In this document: positions 1 to 9,810 of the stretch, piece by piece | Numbering within the stretch: the first letter of the stretch is position 1 | How the letters are laid out: the number at the start of each line of letters is the position of its first letter | DNA from: Neodothiora populina | Lineage: Eukaryota | Direction: 5' to 3' | Assembly: GCF_041146345.1 (NCBI RefSeq) | Contig: NW_027191413.1 | Span: forward strand, 1,426,001-1,490,000 | DNA length: 64,000 nucleotides | Position numbers and translations under genes: made by a program | Notes under the pieces: model-generated | What the model was told of the DNA's origin: nothing | Databases searched by the model: none | The model's input: the letters and a program-made list of their open reading frames with translations, nothing else

Positions 1-154
1 GATCTGCCAGGAAGTCACGAGGCAGATTGGGTATGAGATCACGCCTGAGACGCCCGAGACGAGGGTCTGGGATGTCAGGGATGTCGCACCGCATAAGAGG
101 ATGTTTTGCGTTACGTTTCGCTTGCCGGAGGAGGTTGCCTTTAGGGAGACTTGA
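1..154 (+). CDS. TRM5: tRNA (guanine37-N1)-methyltransferase, C-terminal fragment (gene starts before the window)
   Basis: Frame from nt 2 reads ICQEVTRQIGYEITPETPETRVWDVRDVAPHKRMFCVTFRLPEEVAFRET* (TGA 152-154). VRDVAPxKxMFCxxFRLP is the typical Trm5 C-terminal motif. Not present in the ORF track. Confidence 0.8.
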   Translation, partial: ICQEVTRQIGYEITPETPETRVWDVRDVAPHKRMFCVTFRLPEEVAFRET

Positions 155-947
155 CGGCGCTTTTCTCCTATCATTCTCTCGCTCCGTGTCTGAAAACCGG
201 AGACGTGGTTGATGCGTCTGGATGTGTCTCTTACTTGCTTGCGTCACTTCGACTGCTTTCGATTTGTCACCTAGGGCAGACAGGGACTTCGCAAGGTCAT
301 AGCAAGCAGAGAGGAGAGAAAGGGGCTGGCGACACTCACGCCGCTGCGACCATAAATAACAGTCACTCGGCGGGATTACCTGCCCATTTGGTCTCAGGCG
401 GATAAGCATGGTACATCTGCAAGGCCTTCTAAAAGAGACAATGCCGTGCCGAATAACGAGCAAGCTATAGATGAGAGGCACCGACAGATGAAGACAACAC
501 AGGACATCTCCCGAACCAAAAGTAGAGGGACTCCAGAGATTAAAAAGAGTTTTGAATTAGTTATGCATACCACTAGAGTAGTCTTCTAAACCGCTATCGA
601 AGAGGACAGCCCGATGAACAATGCAGAATGCCGCACGCAACAAAATGAGGTATCTGATTCGAAAAGGAGAAAATCAAGCAGATGAAAGGCGAGGTAGGGG
701 AATATATGTGCGGTGCAAGAATATGGAAATAAGAAGAAGCGGCATTATTCCAATGAGAAGTGTGTTCAAGAAGAGAAAGAAAGAAGAACAGAATGCCGCG
801 GAAATAGCTTCCTTGAAATCGGTATTTTCAAGGACGCCAAACCGTATAAAAAACTAAAAAGTCCCGTAATATTGATGATATTTTCGGGAGGGAAAGAAGA
901 AAGAGAGGAAGAAGAAAAGTAAAAGATCATATCATCGTCAGATCATC

Positions 948-3512
948 TCATGTTTGGAAATCCCGTACGTCTTGCCGTAGGCCCTTGGTCCACTCGCCGC
1001 TGGTGCTATCGATCTGTGTCGGACTCACAGGATTGACGATGTCGTGACGGCTATCACTGTCCTTCGTAGTGCTGTTTTGAGAGGTAGTGCTGTTTCGAGA
1101 GATGTGTCCGTTGGCTGTGTGTGCATCGACAGACATGTCTGGCGAAATATTTCTTCGCTCAGCGAGTCTTTGTCTTTTCTCGTCGTCGCCTTCTGGCTGA
1201 TAGTTGTAGTCGTCGTTGCTGTGACTGTCTCTAGCAGGGGCATGGACTTCGTTTCCGGCATCGTCATTGTCGTCGTTCTCATCACAGACTATATCTTCGC
1301 ATCCAGTGGGAGTCCTGCAGACTTTGCGTGCCTCGAGGGGTACGGTACGCCATATGACCTCTTTAATCTCCTTGGCAACTTTCTCAATGGCGTCCATGGC
1401 CCAAATGACATCGAGGTGCTCGTAACCCTCGATGATCTTCTTGTGGACAACCTTGACGTGCGGCTCTCTGCCTCTATCAAAGCGTCGCAGCAGGCGTCTA
1501 CCGTCGACCAGGTCATCGTTACCGCACACCCATAGTGCTAGTGGGGGAAATTGCTCGTTATACCACGCGAATTGTCCTCTCTCTTCTTTCTTGTTAGACG
1601 GTACCTTCTCGATGTTGCCGCCCTCAGCGCCGATATCCCGATCTGGCGGCGGTCGTTCAGTGTCGGTTGTGTGGCCTTCGTAGTACTTTTGAACAACATG
1701 GTCTTCCTCTTCGTCTTCTTCGTCTTCCATCATCCATTCTTCACGCGTCGCTAAGATGCACTTCTGTTTGGCAAAGCACTCGCGTCCGAGCCACCAGCGC
1801 ATACTCTCGGCACTCACATACACCGGGGCAAATTGGAACATTCGGTCGCGAAGGCTGCGCTCCCAGCGCGTGTCCGTCCAATTGAACAGAAAGCTGAAGA
1901 CACGATAGCCCATGAAACCATAGATGCCAGCAGGGAGGATCTTATGCGCCTGCATCATCAGAGGTATGAAGGCGTGGATGCCAAAAATGCATCTGAACAT
2001 TGCCGGGGTGATAATGTACATGAATTTGAAGTAGGCTTTGCCAATGAGAGGTCCCGCATAGGCGGCTGGGGCGAGAGCGCAGAAGACGGAGATCTTTTCG
2101 CCAATCTCGGGTCGCTGTTCTTTGGCGAGAGCGACAAGGGTTTGGGTGGTGCCTTGGCTGTGGCAGACGAGGCCCAGCTTGGGAAATCCGGTCTCGGTGA
2201 GTACGCGAGAGATCAGAGCAGGAAGGTCCATGACGCCCATCTGGCGGATATTCCAGGACCACATGCGTGGGTCTGCGTAGTCGAGGAGGACGTGACGAGG
2301 ATTAAAGCCGCATCTGTTGTTGCCGAGCCAGACATCGTAGCCGGACTTGGCAAGGTAGAAAGCAAAGCTGTCGTCGTCGTTGCTGCAGTAAGCGCCCGAT
2401 GATTGCAACAGACCGTGGATCATCAGAACAGGATATTTCTTGTCTCCGTCGGCGTAGTGCCCCTCGGGCTGACCGTCGCGCATGTCGGTAGGCACATCCT
2501 GGAAGACGGTGGGCCCGCGTGGAGCAAGAGCGGAAGGGCGAGCCTTGGTGTGCTCGCGAGGGTTGAATACGTGCCACAGCTCGATGACGAAGCCGTCTTC
2601 GGTCTCGACGTCGAAGTTTTCCACGTCAAGTCCAACTCGTCGTGCATAGTAACCGACATCGCAAATCAGAGGATCTGGACCACCTTCTGTTGGAATGAAC
2701 TCTTCGGATCCCCGCTTCTCGTCTTCTCGTTCCAGATCAGGTGTCCGCTGACCTTTCCTGCTATGTTTCTCTTGCCATTTGTGGTCTGCTTGATTTCTAG
2801 CTTTTTGGCGCCTGACTTCTTCCTCGTGGAAAGGTCTAAGTTTGGCGGGGTCTCGCAGCGTCAGTCGCATGCCTAGATGCTTGAAGATCTTGGGGATGCT
2901 GGTGAAGGCAGCACCGAGGACTATGACGATGAGGAAGCAGAGAGAGAGAACGGCGCTGGTGCAACGAAAGAACCAGCATTGCATTACTCGCATTGTCCTG
3001 GACGGACCGTATATGGGCATAGGTGGGAACAATGGATTGGTGCGTGAGGCGGGTACTGCTTTTCGCAAAGGTGCCTCCGGTCTCATGCTCTCTCTGTCTG
3101 CTTCTTGGGCTTCATCGGAGCTCATGTTGCATTCTCGATGCAATCCGTGGAAAGTCCCATCTTTGGCAGTGCGAGTACTGCAGGGCACGGGTATCTCTTC
3201 CTTGGACTCCCGGTCATCCAGTTCGTCTTTGAGTTTATTTAATCTCAGAGCCTCATCCACCGGGACAGCCGGTAATCTACCTCCATTAGCGGTGATTATA
3301 ACAGGGTCCTGCGCCGTCACGAATGTAGCCTCGACAGCCTGAGTGGCACCGACGGGCGAGCCTCGCGCTTTTTCTTGTTCCGGAGTGAATTGAGCCAGAC
3401 GCTGGGCTTGCTGTGCGAATTCGATGGCCGGAGTGGCCTTGCTGTCGAGGTCATCTCCATGTGCGACGATTCCGTTCGCGACATCATGCCCGGGTGACGA
3501 CGAAGTGGACAT
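948..3512 (-). CDS. Alpha/beta-hydrolase lipase / steryl ester hydrolase (Tgl1/Yeh-like) with N-terminal TM segment
   Basis: 854-aa ORF; abhydrolase-lipase region (VETEDGFVIELWH), HGLLQS oxyanion motif, YDVWLGNNR, nucleophile elbow CHSQG, Asp in GNDDLVD, His in YEHLDVIWA. Confidence 0.9.
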   Translation of the reverse strand: MSTSSSPGHDVANGIVAHGDDLDSKATPAIEFAQQAQRLAQFTPEQEKARGSPVGATQAVEATFVTAQDPVIITANGGRLPAVPVDEALRLNKLKDELDDRESKEEIPVPCSTRTAKDGTFHGLHRECNMSSDEAQEADRESMRPEAPLRKAVPASRTNPLFPPMPIYGPSRTMRVMQCWFFRCTSAVLSLCFLIVIVLGAAFTSIPKIFKHLGMRLTLRDPAKLRPFHEEEVRRQKARNQADHKWQEKHSRKGQRTPDLEREDEKRGSEEFIPTEGGPDPLICDVGYYARRVGLDVENFDVETEDGFVIELWHVFNPREHTKARPSALAPRGPTVFQDVPTDMRDGQPEGHYADGDKKYPVLMIHGLLQSSGAYCSNDDDSFAFYLAKSGYDVWLGNNRCGFNPRHVLLDYADPRMWSWNIRQMGVMDLPALISRVLTETGFPKLGLVCHSQGTTQTLVALAKEQRPEIGEKISVFCALAPAAYAGPLIGKAYFKFMYIITPAMFRCIFGIHAFIPLMMQAHKILPAGIYGFMGYRVFSFLFNWTDTRWERSLRDRMFQFAPVYVSAESMRWWLGRECFAKQKCILATREEWMMEDEEDEEEDHVVQKYYEGHTTDTERPPPDRDIGAEGGNIEKVPSNKKEERGQFAWYNEQFPPLALWVCGNDDLVDGRRLLRRFDRGREPHVKVVHKKIIEGYEHLDVIWAMDAIEKVAKEIKEVIWRTVPLEARKVCRTPTGCEDIVCDENDDNDDAGNEVHAPARDSHSNDDYNYQPEGDDEKRQRLAERRNISPDMSVDAHTANGHISRNSTTSQNSTTKDSDSRHDIVNPVSPTQIDSTSGEWTKGLRQDVRDFQT

Positions 3513-4177
3513 TAGAGGAAGAGGAGGATGGAATAGAAAAATAGTGAAATTTGGGCATTGGCGAGTTGTGGCCCCGTGTCAGTGATCAAGCGACTTGATA
3601 GAGCCAAGAGATGATAGATGAAGAGGCTGGACAGAAGCCTCACATGAAAAGATGGCGGAAAACTGGTAGCGAACACCAGACTCAGAGTACAAATACTATA
3701 TAAGGTACCGTAGGCTTGTGATATGCAAGTCACTGTTGATCTTGTTGGTCTTGTCTCGGCAGCGTTGAGCCGCTGACGTCGACTTGTGCCGTCCAATCTA
3801 AAACAAATCCACTCACCGGAAATATTGGGATACAACATGTGACGGAGGCCAGAAGAAAGCAGGTCTGGAGAAACATCAGCAGCTCAAATGGTTGCCGTTC
3901 AGATCGCGACAGCATGCAAGAAGTTCAGAAGCATGTTGATGTGGATGATTGGTATAGTGTTATTCAGGGATAATTCTCCGAGAGGTTGTTGAGTGAGTGT
4001 AAGAGAGGGAGAAGAAACCTGGAATGTAGAGTACAAGTACATCATCATTTGGAGATGCGAGGCACAACGAAGGTAGCTGGAGGCAAGGTACAAGTAGGAA
4101 GAAACAGTGTGGTCGGTGCACATGTCAAATTACCTTGCCGTTGCCTGATTGATTGCCGCTGTGCCGTGCCTGTATCA

Positions 4178-4450
4178 CAGAGGTTCTCGGTTTGTAGACG
4201 ATGACTTTAATAAATACTGTCGCGGAGTTTTTAATGAATAGTCAATGAGGTCTCGATGAATTTTCGATGAATCTCTAATAAATGGCCAGTAAGTCTTTAA
4301 TAAGTAGTCGATGAATTTGTAGCGAATAATTAGTAAACCCTTGATAGATAGTCATAACGAATAGTCAGTGAGTCTTCAATAAGTCGTCGATGAATTTGTG
4401 GTAAATAAGGCACCTATAGGTAGTCAGTGAGCCCTTGGTAAATAAGGTAG
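4178..4450 (+). repeat. Copy A of an AT-rich dispersed repeat with 11-bp-subunit array (MITE-related, truncated)
   Basis: Starts CAGAGGTTCTCGGTTT...GATGACTTTAATAAATA and is colinear with 7838-8000 (shared GGAGTTTTTAATGAA, GGTCTCGATGAATTTT, AAGTAGTCGATGAATTTGTAGCGAA). Right end approximate. Confidence 0.8.
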
Positions 4451-4615
4451 TCCTGGAGTGTGGCATCAACGCCAAGACCGACCGAGGGTCAAACGTCAGT
4501 CATCGACGCTGCTGCCCCTCCAAAGCCCCGCCATCAACCCACCTTCCACTGTCAATCAGGCTCCTTCTGTTCTTCCGACACTTTACAAAACACGATAAAC
4601 ACATAAACCTCGACA

Positions 4616-5507
4616 ATGGCAGAGACAGCAACGTTACCGCTTAAGCAGGTCGTTTACTGCGGAGGTGAGTACATCCCTGTTCATGGACACTTGAGCAGCA
4701 CAATGCATACACATACTGACAGCCCGACAGTGTGCAGCCTACCCCCAGAAGTAGGTACGATTCCTCGCCTGACATCGCAAACTCAGACACCTATCAGCAT
4801 AATCCACTACTGTTCCTATGAAACTCATAAATTCAACTTCGAGACACAAATAGCACGGCAAAAGAGACTCCAGCGAGACTGACGGAAGAAACTTACTTAG
4901 TACTGTGAATTCGGCGGCACGACGAAGAAATGCTCCGAATGGCTCGAGAAGAACCACCTGGACCTGCACCAGAAATACTACTCTGAAGGTACGCAAGAGA
5001 AGCCCTTCACTCCATCTCCACTCTCCACCATCTTTGCAAACCACCGACCCTTCTGATCCAATCTGACACGCCCCGCAAACAGACGCAGTAGCAGCGGGCC
5101 TCAGCACCCTGAGCGTCGATGCCCAGAAGCGCGCAGAGAAAGACGCGATCAAGAAAGCGGCCAAAGCCGAAGCGGCCGAGCAGCGCGAGGCAGAGAAGCG
5201 CGCGTCGTCGAGCATAATCATCAAGCGAGTAGAGCGCAACAAGCGCAAGCACGTGACGGCCATCACTGGTCTCGAGGCGTTTGGACTGGATATCAAGACT
5301 GTGGCTAAGGCGCTGGGCAAGAAGTTCGCCACGGGGTCGAGTGTGACCAAGGTCCCTGGGGGTGGTGAGGAGATTACCGTGCAGGGAGACCTCAGTGAGG
5401 ATATCGAGGAGTGGTTGCTTGAGCAGTATCCGGATCTGCCAGATGACAATATTGAGTTGGTCGAGGATAAGAAGAAGAAAAAGGATGCTGCCGGTGGTGC
5501 TGCTTGA
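4616..5507 (+). CDS. TMA22: Translation machinery-associated protein 22 (DENR orthologue, SUI1 domain); 4 exons
   Basis: Spliced product MAETATLPLKQVVYCG/VCSLPPE/YCEFGGTTKKCSEWL...IIIKRVERNKRKHVTAITGLEAFG...KKFATGSSVTK...ITVQGD. Three GT-AG introns. Confidence 0.92.
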
Positions 5508-6031
5508 GCTTTTTACCCTGAAGCCCTCTGGTTGGTGGTTGAGGAGGGTATACATATATCATCACTGCTTGGAACTACACAATTGGATTGAGCGAGAGGT
5601 ATGGTGGTACCTGACCTACTTTAGTCTGGGAATGACAGGAGAGAAAGATCACGCTTGTTTACTGCGTGCATGAAATGGCATGAAACTTGAGAATACTCAA
5701 AAGGATTGACCCCGCACGGAAGAACATCAGTCGTTTACGAAGACATAGAAGTAAATGATAAAAAGTGAAGAAATTGTCAATTCGTTTTCTCGTCTATGGC
5801 AATCTAGGCCACAGTTTTCTGCATGTTTTTGTGCCTTTTGTAATATTACATCGAGTGGACCTCTTGGTAAACCACTTATTGAAAACCATTAGCATACTAG
5901 TAAATCCAGTTACTGCTTCCGTGTTGTTCATGAATAGAGAGATGCATTCTTCCTCAATGAGAATCATCTTGCTGCTGACAGATTTCCTGAACCCGCAGAC
6001 TGTTGCATTGTGAAGGGTAGATGTCAGATCT

Positions 6032-6990
6032 TTAGACATCAATACCCTTGACGACAACGCCCTTGTGCCACTCGTACTGCATGACACGAGCGACCTCGTT
6101 TGCGGACTCGTAACTGACGAGAGCGCTGACAAGGTAAAGAGCGGCATCGAAGCCGGTAGTGACTCCCCCGCTGGTGATGACACGCAGACCGCCGAGCTTG
6201 AGATTGGCTCTCCTGGCGTTACTCTCTCTGCGAGAGTTGCTCTGCTTGAAGCTGAAGCTTCCCTTGCGAGCATTGCTGGGACGACGACCAGTGTCGGGGC
6301 GACGGCGAATATAAGGATTGTCGTCTTCTTCGCCCAGATCAAAGCGAAGGTTGTTGACAACGTAGCGCTCCTCCATGACGTCGGTACGCTCCGATAGGTC
6401 ACGCTGAGCGGTGGACTGGCAAAGGTTCTCCAACTTGACGATGGAGTCGGGGTGAGTAGTGGCACACAGACCGGCCAAGACACCCGCCTGAGCGAGGAAG
6501 AGGGAGCCGGTACAGATGGACATCAAAGTACGCTCACGAGAGGGATTCTTCATCTGGATCTCGGCATACGCTTTGACCAGGCTCAGAGGTTCAAGCTTAT
6601 TCTTGAGCACAAATTCGGTGTTTCCACCAGGAATAATGAGGACATCAAACTCAGCAAGACGCTTATGGGCTTCCTTGAAAGTGATGTTGGAACGGAAATC
6701 AACGCCCTGATTGGCGGTGATGGACTGGTCATCTGAGGCAAAGGTGCACTCGAATGCTCTGCTGCCTATAACAAAAAGTCAGGAAAGAGCTTTGAAACGT
6801 CATGATATGAAGCTGATGGGACGGATTTCAGTGCAATTGACTCACCAGAATCCTTTGGATCATGACGAGCGGTACTGAGAACCTCCAGGGGACCGATGAA
6901 GTCGAGAGCGTCAAGGCCTTGATGCAAGGCAAAGAGAACCTTGACAGGCTCAAAGGCAACCTCACCGTCCTCTGGAATTATTGCACTCAT
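6032..6990 (-). CDS. DJ-1/PfpI (ThiJ) family protein; 2 exons
   Basis: Exon 1 LDALDFIGPLEVL; intron 6845-6766; exon 2 FDVLIIPGG, nucleophile SICTGSLFLA, ATTH, VITSGGVTTGFDAALYLV. Confidence 0.9.
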
Positions 6991-7837
6991 CTTGCCGGTA
7001 TTGTAATGGGTATGTAGTTTGTTGGTATCTTGTAATCGTAAAGCTCTGGGAGCTGTGGGAAGAAGAAAAAGGAGCCATGGAGCTGGGAGCTATCCTAGTT
7101 CTTATAGGTGATTGGCCAAGTTACCTGAGGTGAGGTATCGTGGTTGTCTCCTGCTTGGAGAGCATAAAAGGCAGTCACCCCGCATTCATTCCCCCGCATG
7201 GCCCCCTTTAGCGTCGTCTCACTCCCGCACTCCATTGAAACGGTTCTGATTCATGAAACTGTGAAAGGACTGGCGAAAGACGTCACTTTGCCGTGCCATT
7301 GACAACAGAATAAGGTAATTATAGCATTGGTATATAGTATTCAGTTGACCTGCAATCCATCATCATTGTTGACCACAATCCAGCAATCATCTATGGACCG
7401 AGTGAGCACTTCTGATGCGAGCTCCAAATTGAATTCGGCTGCGGCGGATTGACAGGTGATTGCTGTACTTCAGTCCCTGGATTTGCTGGTGTCGTCTGAC
7501 CAGTTTCCATGGAGCTATGAGCACAATTGGGGAAAGCTTGACGAAGCTGTCCTGCTCCAGTGCGTGATGAAAAATGTTGTACCCCGTAGCCTAACGTCCG
7601 GCTACCCCATCTCACATGCTTCTAATCCGTCGGTCTTGTCCTCATCACAAGGTGGATACACCTCTGCCTAGTTGTGTAGGTCTTGTTTCATCGTTGCTGG
7701 CGCAGAGGGAATCAACGAGCTTTCGGCGTAGGTCCATCATCTGTTGGAGACATCCTGAGATCGAACCACATATCACATCCTTGCATTGAAATTTTAGAGC
7801 TATGCGACGATCTGAGCCCAGTCCAGAACTTGTGCTA

Positions 7838-8149
7838 CAGAGGCTCTCGGTTTCAGTCGATAACTTTAATAGATAGTCGAGGAGTTTTTAATGAACAGTT
7901 GATAAGGTCTCGATGAATTTTAATGATTTTCAATGAATAGTTAGTAAGTCTTAAATAAATAGTCGATGGATTTCCAATAAATACTCAGCAAGTCTTTGAT
8001 AAGTAGTCGATGAATTTGTAGCGAAAAGTTAGTGAGCCCTTAATAAATAGTCTATGAATTTGTAGCGAATAGTTAGTAAGTCTTCAACAAGTAGTCGATG
8101 AATTTATGGCGCATAGCCAGTGAGCCCATGGAAAAGGAATCGATGAACA
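7838..8149 (+). repeat. Copy B of the dispersed repeat; 44-bp higher-order array of 11-bp subunits
   Basis: TA then CAGAGGCTCTCGGTTTCAGTC. TG(A/G)ATTT recurs at 7967, 8011, 8055 and 8099 (44-bp spacing). Confidence 0.85.
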
Positions 8150-8151
8150 TA

Positions 8152-8351
8152 CAAAGGAGTCCGTTTTCAGTCAACGACTTTCCGATGAATTAACAAGAAG
8201 GCCCCTGAGAATAAGTGATGAGTTTCTTGTGAACAGGGAATGACTTTCTACTCAATAGGCAAAGACTCTGGAATGAGCAGTTAATGAAATTTTGATGAAC
8301 AGTCAGGGGTTTCTTATGACTACCCTCTATGACCAAAAACGAATTCCTTTG
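8152..8351. mobile_element. Putative 200-bp MITE with 22-bp imperfect TIRs and TA target-site duplication (Tc1/mariner-pogo-like signature)
   Basis: Left TIR CAAAGGAGTCCGTTTTCAGTCA (8152-8173) vs reverse complement of the right end CAAAGGAATTCGTTTTTGGTCA (8330-8351): 18/22 identical, all four differences transitions. TA at 8150-8151 and 8352-8353. Confidence 0.7.
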
Positions 8352-8398
8352 TACATATATGCTACATTCGCCCTGTAGTGCGAGAACAGAGTACAGTG

Positions 8399-8443
8399 CC
8401 CTGCTGGTTGAGACCCTGCTGGTTGAGACCCTGCTGGTTGAGA
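8399..8443. repeat. 15-bp tandem repeat (CCCTGCTGGTTGAGA) x3 just downstream of the TPC1 stop
   Basis: Three copies directly visible. Confidence 0.9.
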
Positions 8444-8447
8444 AGAT

Positions 8448-9535
8448 TCAGTCTTCTCCATCAAACCTTCGAATCACGCCCATGGCCCGCTCATACGTCC
8501 ACATAGTCGCTGCACTCGCAGGAGCTGCTTTTATCAGACCAACGGGCAGTCCTCGGTACAGTCCGCGAATACCCTCTCGACGTACAATGGCGCGGACAGT
8601 ACCCCATAGACCAGCCTCATAAGCTGGTATGTTCCTAAAAACATACTTTGCTCGGGTAGGGCCCTGTACTTGCAACCTCTTCCTGACCGTGTCCAGAGGG
8701 AAGACAATCGTCTTCGCCATGACACTCGCACACATGCCGGCGGTGCCATCGCTAGACCCTAGTGACTCCAAGGGCAATACCAAGTTGGCAAAGGTGGGTT
8801 TGAGCAGCTCGTAGAAAGAGAAGAAAAGTCCCATGTACGGCACAATCTGCCCTACTCCTGCACTCAATCCTCGAAAATAGCCTTTAGGTCCCTCGTAGCG
8901 GCCAATGTCCCGGATCGAGGCAAAGAGGGAGGTATACACGCGCTCATTGCCTTGCGCTGCAAAGCGAGTGCGCAGCAGATCGAGAGGATAGGTGACAGTA
9001 GTTGCAGCTGTACCTGCGAGGGCACCAGCAATAAAGCTTACGCCCGTGCCTGGTAGCTTGTACTCGTCAGGTAGAGCGTTCAGAGCCTGCGTGACAGAAC
9101 GATAAGACAGAAACTGTATGCCGCCATAAGCAACGTACATGGCCTCTGCCGGAACGTTGCCTTTCCATAAACCAGTGATTCCCTCTTCTACCAGTATCTT
9201 TTTCAAGGTCGCGATTGTGCCATCGTACATTGGTCGTTGCTTCTGAGATCGAGGGTTGAAGGATGGGTCGGCGAGAGAGTAGCTCTGCAACTGGAGCCGG
9301 ATCTTGATGACATCGAGAGGTGCTATACAGAATCTACAACAGTATCAGCAGATGCATTTTCGAGCGTATGCCATATGAGTCTGGGCTGTCGCGCACCTAG
9401 AAACGAGTCCTGCAATCGCCCCCGCGAGCACAACTTGCTTGCGAGAACCCTGTGATGGAGATCAGTCGCATGCGCCAGCATCATCACACGCTTTTCACTG
9501 ACCTCATCCCTGAGCGGCTCTACTTTGGAAGACAT
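8448..9535 (-). CDS. TPC1: Mitochondrial thiamine pyrophosphate carrier; 3 exons
   Basis: Exon 1 [11 protein letters not shown] (9535-9503), exon 2 [18 protein letters not shown], exon 3 [16 protein letters not shown]. Three carrier signatures ([20 protein letters not shown]) and [10 protein letters not shown] typical of Tpc1. Confidence 0.85.
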
Positions 9536-9810
9536 ACATCTGACTTCTCCAGCCCCCACAGTATCGAGGCGATCACCTGGAGTCGTAGGATGATTTCGGG
9601 CGTTGCCGTCTACTGGTACCTGTAGCTCGTGCGTAATGGTGGAAGTGGAGAGACAGGACCGACGCCGAGGATGAGAGGAGCATCTGAGCCCAGCCCTCGG
9701 CATGTACAACGCAGGGCTCAGCATAGCATGGTCTCGATATATATAAATACATTTCCTCTATCATCGCTTGTCCCTCACCTCAAAACGTTCTTTTTCACTT
9801 CAGGGTCAGC

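Noticed and set aside
152..193. TRM5 stop in a leaky-looking TGA-CGG context
   Set aside because: The extension is only 12 codons, ends in LRV and has no PTS1 or other targeting signal.
4751..4900. Possible nested (twin) intron in TMA22 intron 2 (GTAG-GTACGA start)
   Set aside because: Removing the putative internal intron does not rebuild a credible donor.
7900..8150. Regularly spaced repeats resembling a CRISPR array
   Set aside because: Contiguous degenerate tandem units with no unique spacers, no cas genes, and a eukaryotic context.
4178..8351. Single composite transposon carrying TMA22 and the DJ-1 gene
   Set aside because: The left end is not preceded by TA, no transposase is present and the cargo includes a housekeeping gene. 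Independent insertions are simpler.
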